From Myxococcota bacterium (lineage in GTDB: Bacteria > Myxococcota_A > UBA9160 > UBA6930), in the NCBI GenBank assembly GCA_965223415.1, contig OZ245002.1, positions 3,712,001 through 3,776,000 of the forward strand: a DNA stretch of 64,000 bases. Direction: 5' to 3'. A program made the position numbers and the translations under genes. The first letter of the stretch is position 1; every line of letters starts with the position of its first letter. The notes under the pieces were generated by a model. That model was not told where the DNA came from and did not search any database. It saw only the letters and a program-made list of their open reading frames with translations. Shown here one piece after another: positions 61,774-64,000 of the stretch.

Positions 61774-62628
61774 ATGCCGATCGATCCCGAGAAGGCCCTC
61801 GCGGCCAGCTTCGAGCCGACGACGTCCAGCTACGTGCAGGACGACGTCATCCTCTACCACCTCGGCATCGGCGCTGGTGCGCCGAAGCAGACCGACGCGA
61901 ACGAGCTCGAGTACTGCTACGAGAAGAACCTGAAGGTGCTGCCGAGCTTCGGCGTGATTCCGGTGTTCAGCGCGATGGGCGGTGCCATGAACGTGCCCGG
62001 CCTCGAGTTCAACCCGGCCATGCTGCTGCACGGCGAGCAGGACATCGAGATCCACCGCCCGCTCCCGGCGGCTGCGGAGCTCGAGAACCAGTCCTCGATC
62101 GCGGGGATCTACGACAAGGGCAAGGCCGCCCTGCTGGTCATGCAGGTGGACACGAAGGAGAAGGGCGGCGAGCCGCTGTTCACCAACCGCTTCTCCCTCT
62201 TCCTGCGCGGCGAGGGCGGCTTCGGCGGCGAGGCGGGCCCGAAGGCGGGCAACGAGGCGCCGGAGCGGGAGCCGGACCACGTGGTGGAGACCCCGACCCT
62301 GCCCCAGCAGGCGCTCCTGTATCGCCTGTGTGGCGACAAGAACCCGCTCCACGCGGATCCGGAGTTCGCCAAGATGGGCGGCTTCGACGTGCCGATCCTT
62401 CACGGCCTCTGCTCCTTCGGGATCAACTGCAAGGCTGCGGTGGACCACGCCCTCGGCGGCGACGTCGCCCCGGTGGCGCGCTACCAGGCGCGCTTCGCCG
62501 GCGTCTTCTTCCCGGGGGAGACCATGGTCACCTCCCTGTGGACGGAGGGGGACAAGGTCTTCATCAACGCGCAGTCGAAGGAGCGCGGCGCCCCGGTCAT
62601 CACGAACGCCGCCCTGACGCTGCGCTGA
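61774..62628 (+). CDS. MaoC-family (R)-enoyl-CoA hydratase 2
   Basis: LHGEQ, YRLCGDKNPLHADP, ILHGLC hydratase-2 motif. Confidence 0.92.
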   Translation: MPIDPEKALAASFEPTTSSYVQDDVILYHLGIGAGAPKQTDANELEYCYEKNLKVLPSFGVIPVFSAMGGAMNVPGLEFNPAMLLHGEQDIEIHRPLPAAAELENQSSIAGIYDKGKAALLVMQVDTKEKGGEPLFTNRFSLFLRGEGGFGGEAGPKAGNEAPEREPDHVVETPTLPQQALLYRLCGDKNPLHADPEFAKMGGFDVPILHGLCSFGINCKAAVDHALGGDVAPVARYQARFAGVFFPGETMVTSLWTEGDKVFINAQSKERGAPVITNAALTLR

Positions 62629-62668
62629 TCCCTGGCATCCAGGGGCGAGGCGCGCGAGCCTCCCGGCC

Positions 62669-64000
62669 ATGCGCCTCGCCCTCGTCGCCCTGCTCCTGCT
62701 CACGGCCTGCGCGCGGGTCGAAGATCCGCTCCTGGCCGAGGAGTGGGATCCCGCTCGCGCCGCGCCGCCGCCCGAGAAGCCCTTCGTCCCCGCCAGCCGG
62801 GACCGCAACGTCTTCTTCGGCGATCTCCACATCCACACCGCCTTCTCCACCGATGCCTTCACGATGGGCGTGCGAGCGCTGCCGGAAGACGCCTACGTCT
62901 TCGCGCGGGGCGGCGAGATCGGGCACGCCCTCGGCTATCCGATCCGGCTTTCCAGGCCGCTCGACTTCGCGGCCGTCACCGACCACTCCGAGTACATGGG
63001 AATGGTCCGGGCCGACCCGCCGGACGTGCCGTTGGTGCAGCGCTCGATCCGGGAGCGCTTTCTCGAAGATGGCCGGCTGAGCCTCACTCTCGCCTGGTTC
63101 CAGACCGTCACGCGGATGATCGACGAGGGGTTCAGCCCCGACGACCCCCGCGGAAACCTCGCGTCCCGAGACGCCTGGCAGGAGGTCATCGCCGCCGCGA
63201 AACGTAACGATCGTCCCGGCATCTTCACCACGTTCGTGGCCTACGAGTGGAGCAAGGGGACCGATGGTGGGATGCTGCATCGCAACGTGTTCTACCGCGG
63301 AGACGAGGTGCCCGAGCTTCCCGTGAGCTCCATCGTCGCCCCGGAACCGGAGGATCTCTGGGCGGCGCTCGAGGAGCAACGGACCGCCGGCATGGACGTG
63401 ATGGCGATCCCTCACAACGGGAACCTCAGCGACGGTCGCATGTACATGAAGAAGACCCTGGCTGGCGAACCGATGACACGCGAGCACGGGGAGCGGCGGC
63501 TGCGCAACGAGCCGGTCAGCGAGATCCTCCAGGTGAAGGGCTCCTCGGAAACCCATCCGCTGCTCTCCCCCACCGACGAGTTCGCCGGCTTCGAGATCCA
63601 TGGGGACATCGGCACCGGGGGCGAGGGCGAGACCAAGGGCAGCTATGCGCGCGACGCGCTGCGCACCGGCCTCGAGATGGCGCACGCAGAGGGCTTCAAT
63701 CCCTACCGCTTCGGCGTGATCGGCAGCAGCGACGGTCACAACGCAAGCTCGCCGGTAGAGGAGGGCGCCCATCACGGCAAGCTGCCGATCCTCGACGGCA
63801 GCCCGGCCATCCGTCTCGGCCGCGCCTACCTGTTGCCCAGGAGCCTGAACCGCGGCGGCCAGTGGAACGGCGGCGGTCTCGCGGCCGTGTGGGCCGAGCA
63901 GAACACGCGGGATTCGCTGTTCGACGCCATGGGCCGGCGCGAGACGTACGCCACCTCCGGTACGCGCATCGTCGTGCGTTTCTTCGGCGGCTGGAACCTG
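62669..64000 (+). CDS. DUF3604 (PHP-like metallohydrolase) lipoprotein, 3' end beyond the window
   Basis: Manual translation: MRLALVALLLLTAC lipobox, FFGDLHIHT, AVTDHSE, YEWS, LHRNV, IPHNGN, SDGH. Absent from the ORF track. Confidence 0.88.
   Translation, partial: MRLALVALLLLTACARVEDPLLAEEWDPARAAPPPEKPFVPASRDRNVFFGDLHIHTAFSTDAFTMGVRALPEDAYVFARGGEIGHALGYPIRLSRPLDFAAVTDHSEYMGMVRADPPDVPLVQRSIRERFLEDGRLSLTLAWFQTVTRMIDEGFSPDDPRGNLASRDAWQEVIAAAKRNDRPGIFTTFVAYEWSKGTDGGMLHRNVFYRGDEVPELPVSSIVAPEPEDLWAALEEQRTAGMDVMAIPHNGNLSDGRMYMKKTLAGEPMTREHGERRLRNEPVSEILQVKGSSETHPLLSPTDEFAGFEIHGDIGTGGEGETKGSYARDALRTGLEMAHAEGFNPYRFGVIGSSDGHNASSPVEEGAHHGKLPILDGSPAIRLGRAYLLPRSLNRGGQWNGGGLAAVWAEQNTRDSLFDAMGRRETYATSGTRIVVRFFGGWNL

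Overview
High-GC bacterial chromosomal window. It is probably Myxococcota-like (inference from mglBA directly after recR, a spirochete/planctomycete/delta-type EF-G and three PEP-CTERM genes). Housekeeping loci: partial priA, ffs-dnaX-ybaB-recR-mglBA, valS, infA, fusA, tRNA-Ser(CGA). Accessory blocks: a surface-glycosylation operon, a sugar oxidation/epimerisation operon ending in a PVC-type heme lipoprotein, arsS-TVP38-flavoprotein, lipid metabolism genes and DUF3604. Main candidates for novelty: (1) a ~3.7 kb islet integrated at tRNA-Ser, bounded by a 13/14 direct repeat of the tRNA 3' end, carrying a decayed IS3 and an overlapping metacaspase (C14) + clostripain (C11) pair followed by a truncated phospholipase C/phosphoesterase gene, possibly a protease-cascade or defence module; (2) three same-orientation copies of a ~100-nt intergenic motif with compensatory stem changes, either an unclassified structured RNA or a REP/MITE; (3) an alpha/beta hydrolase lacking its catalytic Ser next to mglA; (4) an ALDH1L1-like formyl-THF enzyme overlapping a short QueG-like Fe-S gene; (5) many apparently leaderless genes. 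All calls come from motif reading by eye; no database searches were run.
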